Assembly (NCBI GenBank): GCA_965261395.1
Contig: OZ253462.1
Location: 4,928,001 to 4,992,000, forward strand
Direction: 5' to 3'
From: Candidatus Latescibacterota bacterium
GTDB lineage: Bacteria; Latescibacterota; UBA2968; UBA8231
Length of the DNA: 64,000 bases
In this document: one piece after another, positions 1 through 10,198 of the stretch
How positions within the stretch are numbered: the first letter of the stretch is position 1
How the letters are laid out: each line of letters begins with the position of its first letter
The notes under the pieces: model-generated
Seen by the model: only the letters and a program-made list of their open reading frames with translations
Databases searched by the model: none
Told to the model about the DNA's origin: nothing
Program-made: the position numbers and the translations under genes

Positions 1-633
1 GACGGCTGGCTCGATTTCTATGTCGGCACGGGCGCACCTTCCCTGCGCTCGGTGATGCCCAACCGCATGTTCCGCAATGCTGGCGGGCATGTCTTTCAGG
101 ACGTCACCGCCTCGGGCGGCTTCGGCCATTTGCAGAAAGGGCACGGGGTGGCCGTCGGCGATTTGGACAACGATGGCGACCAGGATATCTACGCGGTCAT
201 AGGTGGAGCCTATACGGGGGATATCTTCCAGAATGTCCTCTTCGAAAATCCCGGCCACGGGAACCGCTGGGTCACCTTGCTACTGGAGGGTACCCAGGCT
301 AACCGCAGTGCTATTGGAGCCCGCGTCGAGGTCCAAGTGGAAACTTCGGAGGGCACCCGATCAATCCACAGGATGGTGAGCAGCGGTGCCAGCTTCGGGG
401 CTTCGAGCCTGCAACAGGAAATCGGTCTGGGACAGGCCTCGGCCATCCAAGAAATCTCGGTGATCTGGCCGGGCGCAGATAAGATCCAACGCTTTGCGGA
501 TGTTCCGATGGACCGGGCTTATCGGGTGCGGCAAGGTGAAGCGACCTTAATCCCACTAGTGCGACGGTCTGTATCTCTGGCCCCAGAGCGAGATGGCGCT
601 ACCCAAGTCCACCACAGTCCTGCCCACGATTGA
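1..633 (+). CDS. CRTAC1-family FG-GAP/VCBS repeat protein with C-terminal ASPIC/UnbV domain (5' truncated by window edge)
   Basis: Frame open from base 1 (DGWLDFYVGTG...). FG-GAP motif GDLDNDGDQDIY; ASPIC/UnbV signature NRSAIGARV...GLG...I.WP. Confidence 0.85.
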   Translation, partial: DGWLDFYVGTGAPSLRSVMPNRMFRNAGGHVFQDVTASGGFGHLQKGHGVAVGDLDNDGDQDIYAVIGGAYTGDIFQNVLFENPGHGNRWVTLLLEGTQANRSAIGARVEVQVETSEGTRSIHRMVSSGASFGASSLQQEIGLGQASAIQEISVIWPGADKIQRFADVPMDRAYRVRQGEATLIPLVRRSVSLAPERDGATQVHHSPAHD

Positions 634-704
634 CGAGCCTGCTAAGTCAGCAAGGGGCTACTGAATGGCAACCCCAGAAATAATGACTTGCGTCAGGCGA
701 CAAT

Positions 705-938
705 TCAGTTATTCGTCCCTCCCATCGCTCCCTGCACGGCCCCAGCACGCGCCAAAACCGCCAGTACCTCCTCGCGCAGGGCCTCCGGCAAGTCCGCGAA
801 GTTGATCTGCCTAGCCCCGCCAGGCAACTCGGTCCGGCTCTTGTTCCACCCTTCTTCCGCTCGGCACCACCTGATTACCAAACCATTGCCCAAGCGGACA
901 AAATACGCCCCATCGTCTGTGTAGAGTGCCGCTTTCAT
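705..938 (-). CDS. Small hypothetical protein (77 aa)
   Basis: ATG preceded by purine-rich GAGAGAGGA on the minus strand. Protein-like composition; fills the gap between flanking genes. Confidence 0.65.
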   Translation of the reverse strand: MKAALYTDDGAYFVRLGNGLVIRWCRAEEGWNKSRTELPGGARQINFADLPEALREEVLAVLARAGAVQGAMGGTNN

Positions 939-1038
939 AGAGTTCCTCTCTCTGAATCACGTCGTTTACTTTCCTCGCCCGACTGCGTACTTTCTTTAAC
1001 TATTCCCAACGCAGCAGACAAATCACGTAGGACATCCA

Positions 1039-2733
1039 ATGCAGATTTCTGCCCTTCGGGCCTTGGCTAATTTCGGCGCACAGGTGCAGCAAGCCGCCGA
1101 GCGCCTGTCCGCCGAGCACGTCTATGAGCGCATTCTCGCGCGCGATCACACGGTCTGGCGACCCGACCCAACTGAGATTGCCAATCGGCTCGGGTGGCTC
1201 GACAGCCCGCGCGTCATGCGGGATGCGATCGGCCCCATTCGCCAATTTATCGACACTGTCCGCGCCGATGGCTACACCCACGCCCTGCTGTTGGGCATGG
1301 GTGGCTCTAGCCTCGCGCCGGAAGTCTTCCGTGCGGTCTTTGGCGTGGCCGATGGATTTCTCGATCTCTCAGTGCTCGACAGCACCCAGCCCGACACCGT
1401 CTTGGCCAAGGCGCGCGCCCTCGACCCAGCCCGCACCCTATTTCTCCCGGCCACCAAGTCCGGTGGCACCGTAGAGACGCTGTCTTTGCTCAAGTACTTC
1501 TACAACCGCACCGCGGACGCCCTCGGGCCAGCGGAGGCCGGGCGGCACTTCGCCGCCATCACCGACCCAGGCAGCGGCCTCGAAGCCCTCGCACAGCGCC
1601 TCGGCTTTCGCCACATCTTCCGCAACGACCCCAACATCGGCGGGCGCTACTCAGCCCTGTCGTACTATGGCTTGGTCGCGGCCGGTGCCATTGGCGCAGA
1701 TCTCTACCGCTTGCTCGACCGGGCCGAGCAAGCCCTCGCCGACCCGCAACCGGGCATCCAACTCGGTGCCTTTCTCGGCGCTGGTGCCCTCGCTGGCCGC
1801 GACAAGCTAACCCTCATCACTTCGCCAGCCGCCAGCGCGGTTGGCGCTTGGATCGAGCAACTCATCGCCGAGAGCACCGGCAAAGACGGCAAGGGCTTGC
1901 TACCTGTCGATCTAGAGCCTGAATGCGCAGCCCACACCTACGGGGATGATCGGCTCTTCGTCCATCTGCGGTTGGACGATGCGGCCGATGTCCGCGCCCA
2001 AGCTATTGCCGCGGCCGGGCACCCGATCTTGTGCCTCCAGCTAGCGGACGCCGACGATCTCGGCGCGGCCTTCTTTCACTGGGAAATTGCCACGTCCATC
2101 GCCGGATTTTTCCTCGACATCCACCCCTTCGACCAGCCCGATGTCGAGGCAGCCAAGGAACTGGCCCGCCAGATGGTGGCCGCCTACCAGCAGCGCGGCG
2201 AGTTGCCCGCCCCCGATCCCGACCTTGTCGATGGCCTCGCGCTATACGGACCAGTGCAGGGCACCACCCTGCCACAGGCCTTGGCGCGCTTTCTGGCAAG
2301 CGGCGAGCCAAGACGCGCGTACATTGCCCTGCAAGCTCACCTCCCGCCGACCCCAGAGACCACCGCCGCCCTCCAAGACTTGCGCCGTCAGCTACTAACA
2401 CACACCGGCCTAGCCACGACCCTCGGCTTTGGCCCGCGCTTCCTGCACTCAACCGGCCAACTGCACAAGGGCGACGCCGGGCGCGGGCTTTTTATGCAGC
2501 TAACGGCCGACTCAGCAGAGGACGCGCCGATTCCCGACGAAGCCGGAGCCTCGGACTCTAACATCACCTTCGGCGTCCTCACCCAAGCCCAAGCCCTCGG
2601 CGACCGCCAAGCTCTCGGCGATCAAGGGCGGGCCGTGCTCCGCATCCATCTAGGCACTGACATCGCCGCGGGCCTTGCCCAGTTGCGCCGCGCCCTAGAC
2701 CCGAACAACGATCCCACAGGAGAAGTCCAATGA
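1039..2733 (+). CDS. pgi: Glucose-6-phosphate isomerase (PGI half of the Tal/Pgi type, no transaldolase domain)
   Basis: Motifs [65 protein letters not shown]. Confidence 0.9.
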   Translation: MQISALRALANFGAQVQQAAERLSAEHVYERILARDHTVWRPDPTEIANRLGWLDSPRVMRDAIGPIRQFIDTVRADGYTHALLLGMGGSSLAPEVFRAVFGVADGFLDLSVLDSTQPDTVLAKARALDPARTLFLPATKSGGTVETLSLLKYFYNRTADALGPAEAGRHFAAITDPGSGLEALAQRLGFRHIFRNDPNIGGRYSALSYYGLVAAGAIGADLYRLLDRAEQALADPQPGIQLGAFLGAGALAGRDKLTLITSPAASAVGAWIEQLIAESTGKDGKGLLPVDLEPECAAHTYGDDRLFVHLRLDDAADVRAQAIAAAGHPILCLQLADADDLGAAFFHWEIATSIAGFFLDIHPFDQPDVEAAKELARQMVAAYQQRGELPAPDPDLVDGLALYGPVQGTTLPQALARFLASGEPRRAYIALQAHLPPTPETTAALQDLRRQLLTHTGLATTLGFGPRFLHSTGQLHKGDAGRGLFMQLTADSAEDAPIPDEAGASDSNITFGVLTQAQALGDRQALGDQGRAVLRIHLGTDIAAGLAQLRRALDPNNDPTGEVQ

Positions 2734-4184
2734 GCCGAGCAGACATCGGTCTAATCGGTCTAGCCGTAATGGGCGAAAACCTCGTCCTCAACATGGCTAG
2801 CCACGGTTTCACCGTTGCCGTTTACAACCGCACAACCGCCAAGGTCGATGCCTTTATGGCCGGTCGCGCCCATGGCAAATCCATCATCGGCACCCACTCG
2901 CCAGCCGAACTGCTTGCCCAGCTCAAAAAGCCGCGCCGCGTGATGCTAATGGTCCAAGCCGGCCAAGCCGTGGACCGCGTCATAGCCGAGCTCGTGCCCC
3001 TACTCGACCCAGGCGACATCCTCATCGACGGCGGCAACTCCAACTACCAAGACACGGCCCGCCGCACCCAAGAGCTAGCGGCCAAAGGCCTGCTCTACGT
3101 GGGCACCGGCGTCTCCGGTGGCGAGGAGGGCGCGCTCAAAGGTCCGAGCATCATGCCCGGCGGCAACCCCGCCGCCTGGCCCCACATCAAAGACCTCTTC
3201 CAAGCCATCGCCGCCAAAGTCGCCGACGGCAGCCCGTGTTGCGATTGGGTGGGACGCGACGGCGCCGGCCACTACGTGAAAATGGTCCACAACGGCATCG
3301 AGTACGGCGACATGCAGATGATCGCCGAGGCATACGCCCTAATGCGCGAGGCCCTCGGCATTGAGCCGCAGGCCCAGAGCGAAATTTTCAAGCAGTGGAA
3401 CGAGGGCGAGCTCGACAGCTACCTCATCGAGATCACCGGCGAGATACTCGCCAAGACAGACGACGAGACCGGCCAGCCGATGGTCGATGTAATACTCGAC
3501 ACGGCCGGCCAAAAGGGCACCGGCAAGTGGACCGGCATCGACGCCCTGCAATTGGGCGCTCCAGTAACCGCCATTACCGAGGCGGTCTTCAGCCGCGCCC
3601 TATCCTTCCTCAAAGACGAGCGCGTGGCTGCGGCCGGCGTTCTCCGAGGCCCAGACGCTTCGTTTACTGGTGACAAAGACACTTTCGTCGCAGACATCCG
3701 CCAAGCCCTGTACGCGGCCAAAATTTGCTCCTACGCCCAAGGCTATCAGTTGCTCGCCCTCGCCGCCCGCGAATACAGCTGGGAACTCAACTACGGCGGC
3801 ATCGCCCTGCTGTGGCGCGGCGGCTGCATCATTCGCGCCCAGTTTTTGGGCCGCATCAAGGAAGCCTTTGACGCCGATCCAACGCTGGCCAATCTGTTGC
3901 TCGCGCCGTACTTCAGCGCAGCACTTGCACAAACCCAAGCGTCTTGGCGCAGAGTCGTGGCCACGGCTGCGACCCTCGGCATACCCGTGCCGACCTTTGC
4001 CAGCGCCCTCGCGTACTACGACGGCTACCGCTCCGCCCGCCTGCCCGCCAATCTGCTCCAAGCCCAGCGCGACTACTTCGGTGCCCATACTTATGAGCGC
4101 ACCGACAAGCCGCGCGGCATCTTCTTCCACACCAACTGGACCGGGCGCGGGGGAACCACGGCATCGACGGCTTACAACGCCTAG
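2730..4184 (+). CDS. gnd: NADP-dependent 6-phosphogluconate dehydrogenase, decarboxylating
   Basis: Motifs [61 protein letters not shown] overlap with the pgi stop. Confidence 0.97.
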   Translation: MSRADIGLIGLAVMGENLVLNMASHGFTVAVYNRTTAKVDAFMAGRAHGKSIIGTHSPAELLAQLKKPRRVMLMVQAGQAVDRVIAELVPLLDPGDILIDGGNSNYQDTARRTQELAAKGLLYVGTGVSGGEEGALKGPSIMPGGNPAAWPHIKDLFQAIAAKVADGSPCCDWVGRDGAGHYVKMVHNGIEYGDMQMIAEAYALMREALGIEPQAQSEIFKQWNEGELDSYLIEITGEILAKTDDETGQPMVDVILDTAGQKGTGKWTGIDALQLGAPVTAITEAVFSRALSFLKDERVAAAGVLRGPDASFTGDKDTFVADIRQALYAAKICSYAQGYQLLALAAREYSWELNYGGIALLWRGGCIIRAQFLGRIKEAFDADPTLANLLLAPYFSAALAQTQASWRRVVATAATLGIPVPTFASALAYYDGYRSARLPANLLQAQRDYFGAHTYERTDKPRGIFFHTNWTGRGGTTASTAYNA

Positions 4185-4438
4185 TCTAAAAAACGCTTGG
4201 CAAACGCTGCATTGACGCGCGTAATTCGTCGCATGCCGTCGGCGTTTTTGCGCGCTAGTGCCGATACAATCGCCCGTCCGTTTGTATCGTTTCGCTCTAT
4301 GTAAATAGGGCAAAACGCGCCCACCATCCCATGCGCATTCGCATAAAGTAAAAGCGCGAATAAGATAGACTCGCGCTTCTCGATTGCCCTTTTGCCGCGA
4401 CAAAATTTTTCCCTATACGATATGCCAAACCAACGTGC

Positions 4439-4464
4439 CAGTTCCGCAAAATTTTGCGGAACTG
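4439..4464. repeat. Perfect 26-bp palindrome CAGTTCCGCAAAATTTTGCGGAACTG in a long intergenic region
   Basis: Read directly: two 13-nt arms are exact reverse complements with no loop. Confidence 0.85.
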
Positions 4465-4719
4465 ATCGGTGCTAATGTCATCTAGACAGTCGCTAGTAAC
4501 TTAGGTTAAGAACAACCCCTATGGTCGTTCTTTGTTCGGATCATCACGAGGGCCTCGTCTCTATTGCACGGATAACAGACGAGGACGTCTGCTGTATCCC
4601 CTTTTGCCACCTTTCCACTAGACGTGCAATGCCACTTTAAAAGTATTTGCTAAATATTATATTTTTCTCTTAATTATTTTATATTAGATACACATTTACT
4701 CATGGTGAAAGGATCTTTC

Positions 4720-5187
4720 ATGCCTAACCTCGCAACTCTTTTGAAAGAGGAGATCAGCAAGATCGTCCGCAAAGAAGTGCAAGACCAAGTGCGCGAACTC
4801 CAGAAAACAGTGCGCGAACAACGCGATGCGCTCGCCCGTTTAGAAAAGCAAAGCGGCCCGGCAAAGGCAAAAGCCGCCGCCAAACCGGCCGCCACCAAAT
4901 CGGCTGCTGCCAAACCGGCCGCCGCCAAACCGGCCGCCGCCAAAGTCAGCAAAGCGCCCGCAGGCGATAAGAGAAAACAAATTCGGATCTCCCCGAATAC
5001 GATCAAGAAGCATCGCAAGCGCCTCAATCTCTCCCAAGCCGAACTCGGCGAACTGCTCAACGTTAGCACCAACACCGTTCTGCGCTGGGAAGCGGGCACA
5101 TCCAAACCGCGTAGCAAGCACCTTTCGGGACTTGGCCAACTCCGCTCCATGGGCCTGCGGGAAGTCAAGAAACAACTCGGCGAGTAA
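4720..5187 (+). CDS. XRE-family helix-turn-helix protein with N-terminal coiled coil and Ala/Lys/Pro-rich histone-H1-like linker (alternative start 4702)
   Basis: C-terminal IKKHRKRLNLSQAELGELLNVSTNTVLRWEAG..KP is an HTH_3 pattern; N-terminal MPNLATLLKEEISKIVRKEV; AAAKP repeats. Confidence 0.85.
   Translation: MPNLATLLKEEISKIVRKEVQDQVRELQKTVREQRDALARLEKQSGPAKAKAAAKPAATKSAAAKPAAAKPAAAKVSKAPAGDKRKQIRISPNTIKKHRKRLNLSQAELGELLNVSTNTVLRWEAGTSKPRSKHLSGLGQLRSMGLREVKKQLGE
4873..4947 (+). repeat. 5 x 15-bp in-frame tandem repeat encoding AAAKP-like units
   Basis: Units read directly: gccgccgccaaaccg / gccgccaccaaatcg / gctgctgccaaaccg / gccgccgccaaaccg / gccgccgccaaagtc. Confidence 0.85.
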
Positions 5188-5203
5188 CAGGCTTTACAGA
5201 ACG

Positions 5204-5245
5204 AATAAAACCCCCTAGTCCACGCGGACTAGGGGGTTTTTATTT
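5204..5245. terminator. Bidirectional rho-independent terminator between convergent HTH and GT2 genes
   Basis: AAAACCCCCTAGTCC-acgc-GGACTAGGGGGTTTT hairpin with A- and T-tracts on either side. Confidence 0.9.
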
Positions 5246-5253
5246 GACACCTA

Positions 5254-6075
5254 TCACTGCCAACGCGCCAAGTAGTCGCCCATCTGCTGCTGCAATTCCG
5301 CGTTGTCGTGCTTGACGGCTCCTCGCCAGACGATTCGCGCCTTGCGCAATAGCATGGCCTGCGCGGCCGCGACGCGCTCCGGTGCGAGCTGCGGCTCCTC
5401 GCGCAGCAGCTTGTCGAGCGCGTACACCCGGAAGCGATCCATCGCGTAGTGCGCCTGCGATAGTTGATCGGCGTGACCGCCGTATTTGCGGATGAGTTGC
5501 TCCGTCAAATAGACCACTTCATAGCGACAAGTAATCCGCAGCCAAAATTCGTAGTCCTCGCAGGCGGGCAGGCACTCGTCAAACATACCAATGTCCGCAA
5601 AGACCCGGCGGTGAATCGCAATCGACGAAGGCGACATAACACACAAGGGCAAGGCTTTATAGAAAATGTCGCCGCCGAATTTCTGGTGGTGTTTGTGGGG
5701 ATTGACCCGCACGCCATTGCGGATCCAGATCTCGTCGGTGTGGCAGACCAACAACCCGCTCTCGCGCAGGGCCGCTGCTTGGCGTGCGAGTTTATTGGGC
5801 AACCACTCGTCGTCCGAGTCGAGCAGGGCGATCCACTCGCCCTCCGCCGCCGCGATCCCGCGATTGCGCGCGGCGGAGACTCCGCTGTTTTCTTCCAAGA
5901 TCACTATTTTGACTGCACTGCCAAATTCCTCCCGCACCTGCTCGGGCGTACCATCGTCGGAGGCGTCGTCAACCACGATCACCTCAAAATCCGCCCCCTG
6001 CTGTGCCAGTACCGAACGGATCGCCCGGCCGACTAACGCGCGGCGGTTGTACACGGGAATGACCACCGAGAACAC
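5254..6075 (-). CDS. Glycosyltransferase family 2
   Basis: SVVIPVYNR, VVDDASDD, GVSAARNRG, LDSDD (DxD), CEDYEFWLR. Confidence 0.92.
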   Translation of the reverse strand: MFSVVIPVYNRRALVGRAIRSVLAQQGADFEVIVVDDASDDGTPEQVREEFGSAVKIVILEENSGVSAARNRGIAAAEGEWIALLDSDDEWLPNKLARQAAALRESGLLVCHTDEIWIRNGVRVNPHKHHQKFGGDIFYKALPLCVMSPSSIAIHRRVFADIGMFDECLPACEDYEFWLRITCRYEVVYLTEQLIRKYGGHADQLSQAHYAMDRFRVYALDKLLREEPQLAPERVAAAQAMLLRKARIVWRGAVKHDNAELQQQMGDYLARWQ

Positions 6076-6082
6076 AGCGGCC

Positions 6083-8209
6083 TCAGTTGCCGGCAGCGAG
6101 CGCGGCGGCCGCGTCTAGTTTTTCAACGACCATTTCTGACGTAATAACTTCGGGCAACACCAGCGGCTGGTCGATAAGACCGGCGGGAAAGATGACGTAC
6201 AGGGGCACCCCTGAACGCCCAAAGGCGCGCAAGAGCTGCGTGATCTCGGGATTGCGGTTGGTCCAATCGGCTTTGACTAAAGCCACATTGAGTGCGGCAA
6301 ACCGCTCGCGTACCACTTGCTGCGCCAACACCGCCCGCTCGTTGACTTTGCACGTCCAGCACCACTCGGCCGTAAAGTCGATAAAAACCATCTGCCCACC
6401 CGCGACCAACTCCTCGACACGGGCTGCACTAAACGGCTGCCAGTCTAGTTCAGACGCGGTGGTCTGCTCAGACAAGGTCTGTTCGGCAGCCAGCAACGGA
6501 TGGACAAAGATCGCATAGCTGCCCAAAACCAGCACTAGTGCCACCACTCGGGCCACCCTCTTTGAACGGTTGGGATGCTGGAAGCTGCCCCACTGACCCC
6601 AGACCCAGCAGGCCAGCCCCAGACCCAGCAAAAAGGCCCCCGTCCACACCACGCCTTCGACCCCGACCTGATTGCCCAAGACCCAGAGTAACCACAGCAC
6701 CGTGGCCATCAGCAAAAAGCCCATTAGCTGCTTGAACCACACCATCCAAGGGCCGGGTTTGGGCAAGCGCCCGATCCACGCCGGCTCAATCGCCAGCACC
6801 ACATACGGCAGTGCCATACCCGCGCCAATCGCCAAAAAGACCGCGACGACGACGAGGGCTGGCTGGGCGAAGGCAAACCCAAGCGCGGTGCCTAAAAAGG
6901 GCGCGGTGCAGGGCGTGGCCAGAATCGTCGCCAGCACGCCGTTGAGAAAGGATCCCGTCAATCCCTCGCGTCCATCTAGGCCCCCCAAGCCACTGGTCCC
7001 CGGAAGCAAAATTTCATAGACGCCGAAGAGACTTAGGGCCAACGCGAACACCAAGGCACTCATCGCCACCACAAAACCCGGGTACTGAAACTGAAAGCCC
7101 CAACCGATCTGCTCACCACTGCTTTTGACCAAGAGCACTGCTAGCGCCAGCGCCAAAAAAGTGGCCACAATACCGGCGCAAAACGCCCACCCTAGCTGCT
7201 GCACCCGCTTGGTCTCCTCGCCGGCTTGATTGACAAAGCCGAGCACCTTGAGCGAGATGACCGGCAACACGCAGGGCATTAAGTTGAGGATCAACCCACC
7301 CAGCGCCGCAAAGGCGATATAGACCCACAGCGACCGGGCGACCTCCCCGCTAGCCGCGCGATAATCCCGCTCCAAGATCCCCCCTCCCTGGCGCGGCGCA
7401 GCGCGCAAATCCAGCGCCAGCGTCCCGGCTTGCATCTCGCCATCTAGCCCATAGACGAGCACTCCGCGCAAAGTATCGACTTTGGCAGCCCCGTAGGGTT
7501 TGAGAGCAAGCACGAGGCGATCGGCAGCTAGACGCCGAGTGGAAAACGCAAAACCGTCGGCCGCCAGCGGGTAAAAGTCGGGCACCTGTTCGCCCTGCTC
7601 GAAAGATTTACCCTCGTGGGAAAGGCGCACGTCAACCTCTACAGCCCCTTCGCCCCGCACGGCGAGTTCTACCGCAATGCGCTCGTCCAACGCGCCCGGC
7701 ACCTGCGCCGCATAGCGATCAAATTGCGCCTGCTGAGTACTCGGCTTGCCGACGGAGGCCACCGGCAGCGCCAACGTCAACGACGCCTCGCCGGGGATGC
7801 ACAGTTCGCGGCACACCAGCCAAGAGACCTCGGCCGCAAGGCGCAGCGTATCCCCTGCGGCCAACTCCTTCGGTGCGGTAGCCTCGGCCATGAGCAGCAC
7901 TTCGTCGGCATACCCATAGACCACCAGTTCCCCCTGTTCCTCGAATTTGTTAGGCAAGGGCCATTGCAACGGTCCTGCCACAACACCGGCCGGTAGCTGC
8001 CACTCGACTTCGATCGGCAAGCCAGCGTCGCCGCTAAAAATCCAATAGGTATGCCACTTCTCCTCCATCTTCAGCTCGACCCCCAGCCGAAAGGGCTGGC
8101 CGGGTACCACGGCATCTACATCGGCCAAAAAATTGGCCTGCACCGGGTGATCGTCGGCATTGAGTTGCCCGCAGAGTACTAAAGTGAGAAGAAGGATGAG
8201 ATTGTACAT
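6083..8209 (-). CDS. dsbD: Thiol:disulfide interchange protein DsbD (N-terminal Ig-like domain, TM domain, C-terminal thioredoxin)
   Basis: WHTYW..GDAG and CRELCIP in the N-domain; LNLMPCVLPV and ATPCTAP TM cysteines; DFTAEWCWTC thioredoxin. Start moved to the signal-peptide Met at 8209. Confidence 0.9.
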   Translation of the reverse strand: MYNLILLLTLVLCGQLNADDHPVQANFLADVDAVVPGQPFRLGVELKMEEKWHTYWIFSGDAGLPIEVEWQLPAGVVAGPLQWPLPNKFEEQGELVVYGYADEVLLMAEATAPKELAAGDTLRLAAEVSWLVCRELCIPGEASLTLALPVASVGKPSTQQAQFDRYAAQVPGALDERIAVELAVRGEGAVEVDVRLSHEGKSFEQGEQVPDFYPLAADGFAFSTRRLAADRLVLALKPYGAAKVDTLRGVLVYGLDGEMQAGTLALDLRAAPRQGGGILERDYRAASGEVARSLWVYIAFAALGGLILNLMPCVLPVISLKVLGFVNQAGEETKRVQQLGWAFCAGIVATFLALALAVLLVKSSGEQIGWGFQFQYPGFVVAMSALVFALALSLFGVYEILLPGTSGLGGLDGREGLTGSFLNGVLATILATPCTAPFLGTALGFAFAQPALVVVAVFLAIGAGMALPYVVLAIEPAWIGRLPKPGPWMVWFKQLMGFLLMATVLWLLWVLGNQVGVEGVVWTGAFLLGLGLACWVWGQWGSFQHPNRSKRVARVVALVLVLGSYAIFVHPLLAAEQTLSEQTTASELDWQPFSAARVEELVAGGQMVFIDFTAEWCWTCKVNERAVLAQQVVRERFAALNVALVKADWTNRNPEITQLLRAFGRSGVPLYVIFPAGLIDQPLVLPEVITSEMVVEKLDAAAALAAGN

Positions 8210-8314
8210 GGGAGCCTCGAAGGAGAGATAAGGAGAAGTTCGGGAGATAGGTTCGTTACAGGTACACCGCCCAGCCCCCCCCACGAGAGGTGCCCCTACA
8301 TCAACGAGGGGAGT

Positions 8315-8932
8315 TCACCCGCGCAGCACGGCTTGGTGGATCTGCTCAATGTCGATTACGCGGCAACCGAAGCGGCGGGCGAAATCCACTAGCTGCTGGC
8401 CTTTGGCCATTGCGCCGTCGGGAGCCATCACTTCGGACATCACCGCCGCCGGAAAAAGTTCGGCCTGACGGGCCAATTCCACCGCACCCTCGGTGTGCCC
8501 CTGGCGGCTCAGCAACCCTTCTGGGCGGGCGGCTAAGGGCAACACGTGCCCAGGGATGACGATATCGTCGGGGCCGGTATCCGGCTGGAGGGCGCGCCGG
8601 ATGGACGTGGCACGATCTTCAGCCGAGACGCCGGTCTCAATCCCCTCTAGCGCGTCAAACGGCAGGCCAAAGCGCGGAGTCGTCCAGTCGGCGTTGTGCG
8701 GCTCAATCAGGCCGACGCCGAGCCGCGCCAGATGTTCCTCGGTCGTGGCTAGGTGCAGCATGCCACGCGCCTCTTTGAGCATTTGATTGATCGCGGCACC
8801 CGAAACGTATTCCGCGGCCACGATCAGATCGCCTTCGTCTTCCCGCTCGCGCGCATCCACTAAGACTAGGAACTTACCAGCGCGGAAATCCGCAATCGCC
8901 TCCTCCAACCGACAGAACATCGAATCTCCCAC
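8315..8932 (-). CDS. ribB: 3,4-dihydroxy-2-butanone 4-phosphate synthase (standalone, somewhat divergent)
   Basis: REDEGDL, TGVSAEDRA, PGHVLPL, RQGHTEGAV. Confidence 0.85.
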   Translation of the reverse strand: MGDSMFCRLEEAIADFRAGKFLVLVDAREREDEGDLIVAAEYVSGAAINQMLKEARGMLHLATTEEHLARLGVGLIEPHNADWTTPRFGLPFDALEGIETGVSAEDRATSIRRALQPDTGPDDIVIPGHVLPLAARPEGLLSRQGHTEGAVELARQAELFPAAVMSEVMAPDGAMAKGQQLVDFARRFGCRVIDIEQIHQAVLRG

Positions 8933-8934
8933 AG

Positions 8935-10056
8935 CTATTGCACCTGGTGCGCCATAAGCACCGCTTCGTCGAGTTCAATTCCCAAGCCGGGCGCGTCCGG
9001 CACCCGGATGTGGCCGTCTATTATGGTTTCTGCCGGCTGCACTAACTCGCCGCGCCAATCCACCTCGCCAAACGCGTATTCTAGCACCGTAAAGTTGGCA
9101 ACGGTCGCCGCCAAGTGTACCCCGGCCATCGTCGATACCGGGCCCGCCGGGCTGTGGGGCGCAATCGGCATCTGCGCCACCTCGGCCAGCGCGGCAATGC
9201 GGCGGCATTCGGTAATGCCGCCAGCGTGTTTGACATCCGGCATCAGCACATCCACTGCTCCTTGGGCGATGTAGGGCCAAAAGCCCTCGCGGCCGACGAG
9301 CGACTCTCCGCCGGCAATAGTCTGGCCCGAGTGCAGCCGCAACTGGCGCAGCGCATCGACTTGGTCGCGTGGCACCGGCTCCTCAAACCAGTAAAGATCG
9401 AGTGGACGCACTTTTTCGGCCATCTTAAAAGCCAACGCCAAGTCAAAGCGCTGATGGCAATCCACCAACAGCTCGATTTCGTTGCCAATGGCCTCCCGCG
9501 TCGCCACGAGCCGCGCGATTCCTTGGTCTGCATCGCGCTCGAGCCCACCGCGGTCCATCCGCCGCCAATGCACCTCGTCAAAGGGCGTGCTCTTGACGGC
9601 ACTAAAGCCGGCATCGACCGCTCGGCGCGCCGCATCGGCAAACCCCTGTGGACTGCGGTCGCGGGTGCCGCGATTGAGATTCGCGTATAATCGCACAGAA
9701 TCGCGCCGCTTGCCGCCCAGCAAGCGCCAAGCTGGCACCCCGAGCGCCTTGCTGGCTAAATCCCACAGCGCTTGGTCGATCGCGCTTCGCGCCGTGGCTC
9801 CGACGCGGCCGGTGTCGCCCGAGAAAATCGCCGACCCGCGCGCCATCTGTTCCCACAACACCTCTACTTGGGTCGGGTCCGCGCCCACCAACCGCGGCCC
9901 CAATTGCTCCAGCGCGGCCGCGACCAAGCCGTCGTTACCGCTCTGGCTCGCTTCGCCCAGCCCACTCAGCCCGGCGTCGGTGTGAACTTGCACGAAGATC
10001 CAATTGCCGCGATGCGATGCCGCTACCGAATGTAGTTCCAACCGAGTAATTTTCAC
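8935..10056 (-). CDS. Mandelate racemase/muconate lactonizing enzyme family (galactonate dehydratase-like) enolase
   Basis: TDAGLSGLGE, SAIDQALWDL, LVDCHQR, WFEEP, AGGE, MPDVKHAGGI, IAPH. GTG start at 10056 follows GGAGAGG. Confidence 0.88.
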   Translation of the reverse strand: MKITRLELHSVAASHRGNWIFVQVHTDAGLSGLGEASQSGNDGLVAAALEQLGPRLVGADPTQVEVLWEQMARGSAIFSGDTGRVGATARSAIDQALWDLASKALGVPAWRLLGGKRRDSVRLYANLNRGTRDRSPQGFADAARRAVDAGFSAVKSTPFDEVHWRRMDRGGLERDADQGIARLVATREAIGNEIELLVDCHQRFDLALAFKMAEKVRPLDLYWFEEPVPRDQVDALRQLRLHSGQTIAGGESLVGREGFWPYIAQGAVDVLMPDVKHAGGITECRRIAALAEVAQMPIAPHSPAGPVSTMAGVHLAATVANFTVLEYAFGEVDWRGELVQPAETIIDGHIRVPDAPGLGIELDEAVLMAHQVQ

Positions 10057-10198
10057 ATGACCTCTCCAGCGTAAAACTGCTTCCTCAGAAAACATAAAGA
10101 AGAGACGGCCTAGCCGCTACGCGCAGGGGGGTTCACGCGGTTCAACTAAGTCGTTATTATGTTTTTAGTTCACGCCTTCTTTCCCCGGAGGTGAAAGC

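Noticed and set aside
4300-4395. c-di-GMP-I riboswitch suggested by AGGGCAAA
   Set aside because: The downstream GNRA-loop/receptor and GACGCAAAGCC-type elements are not present.
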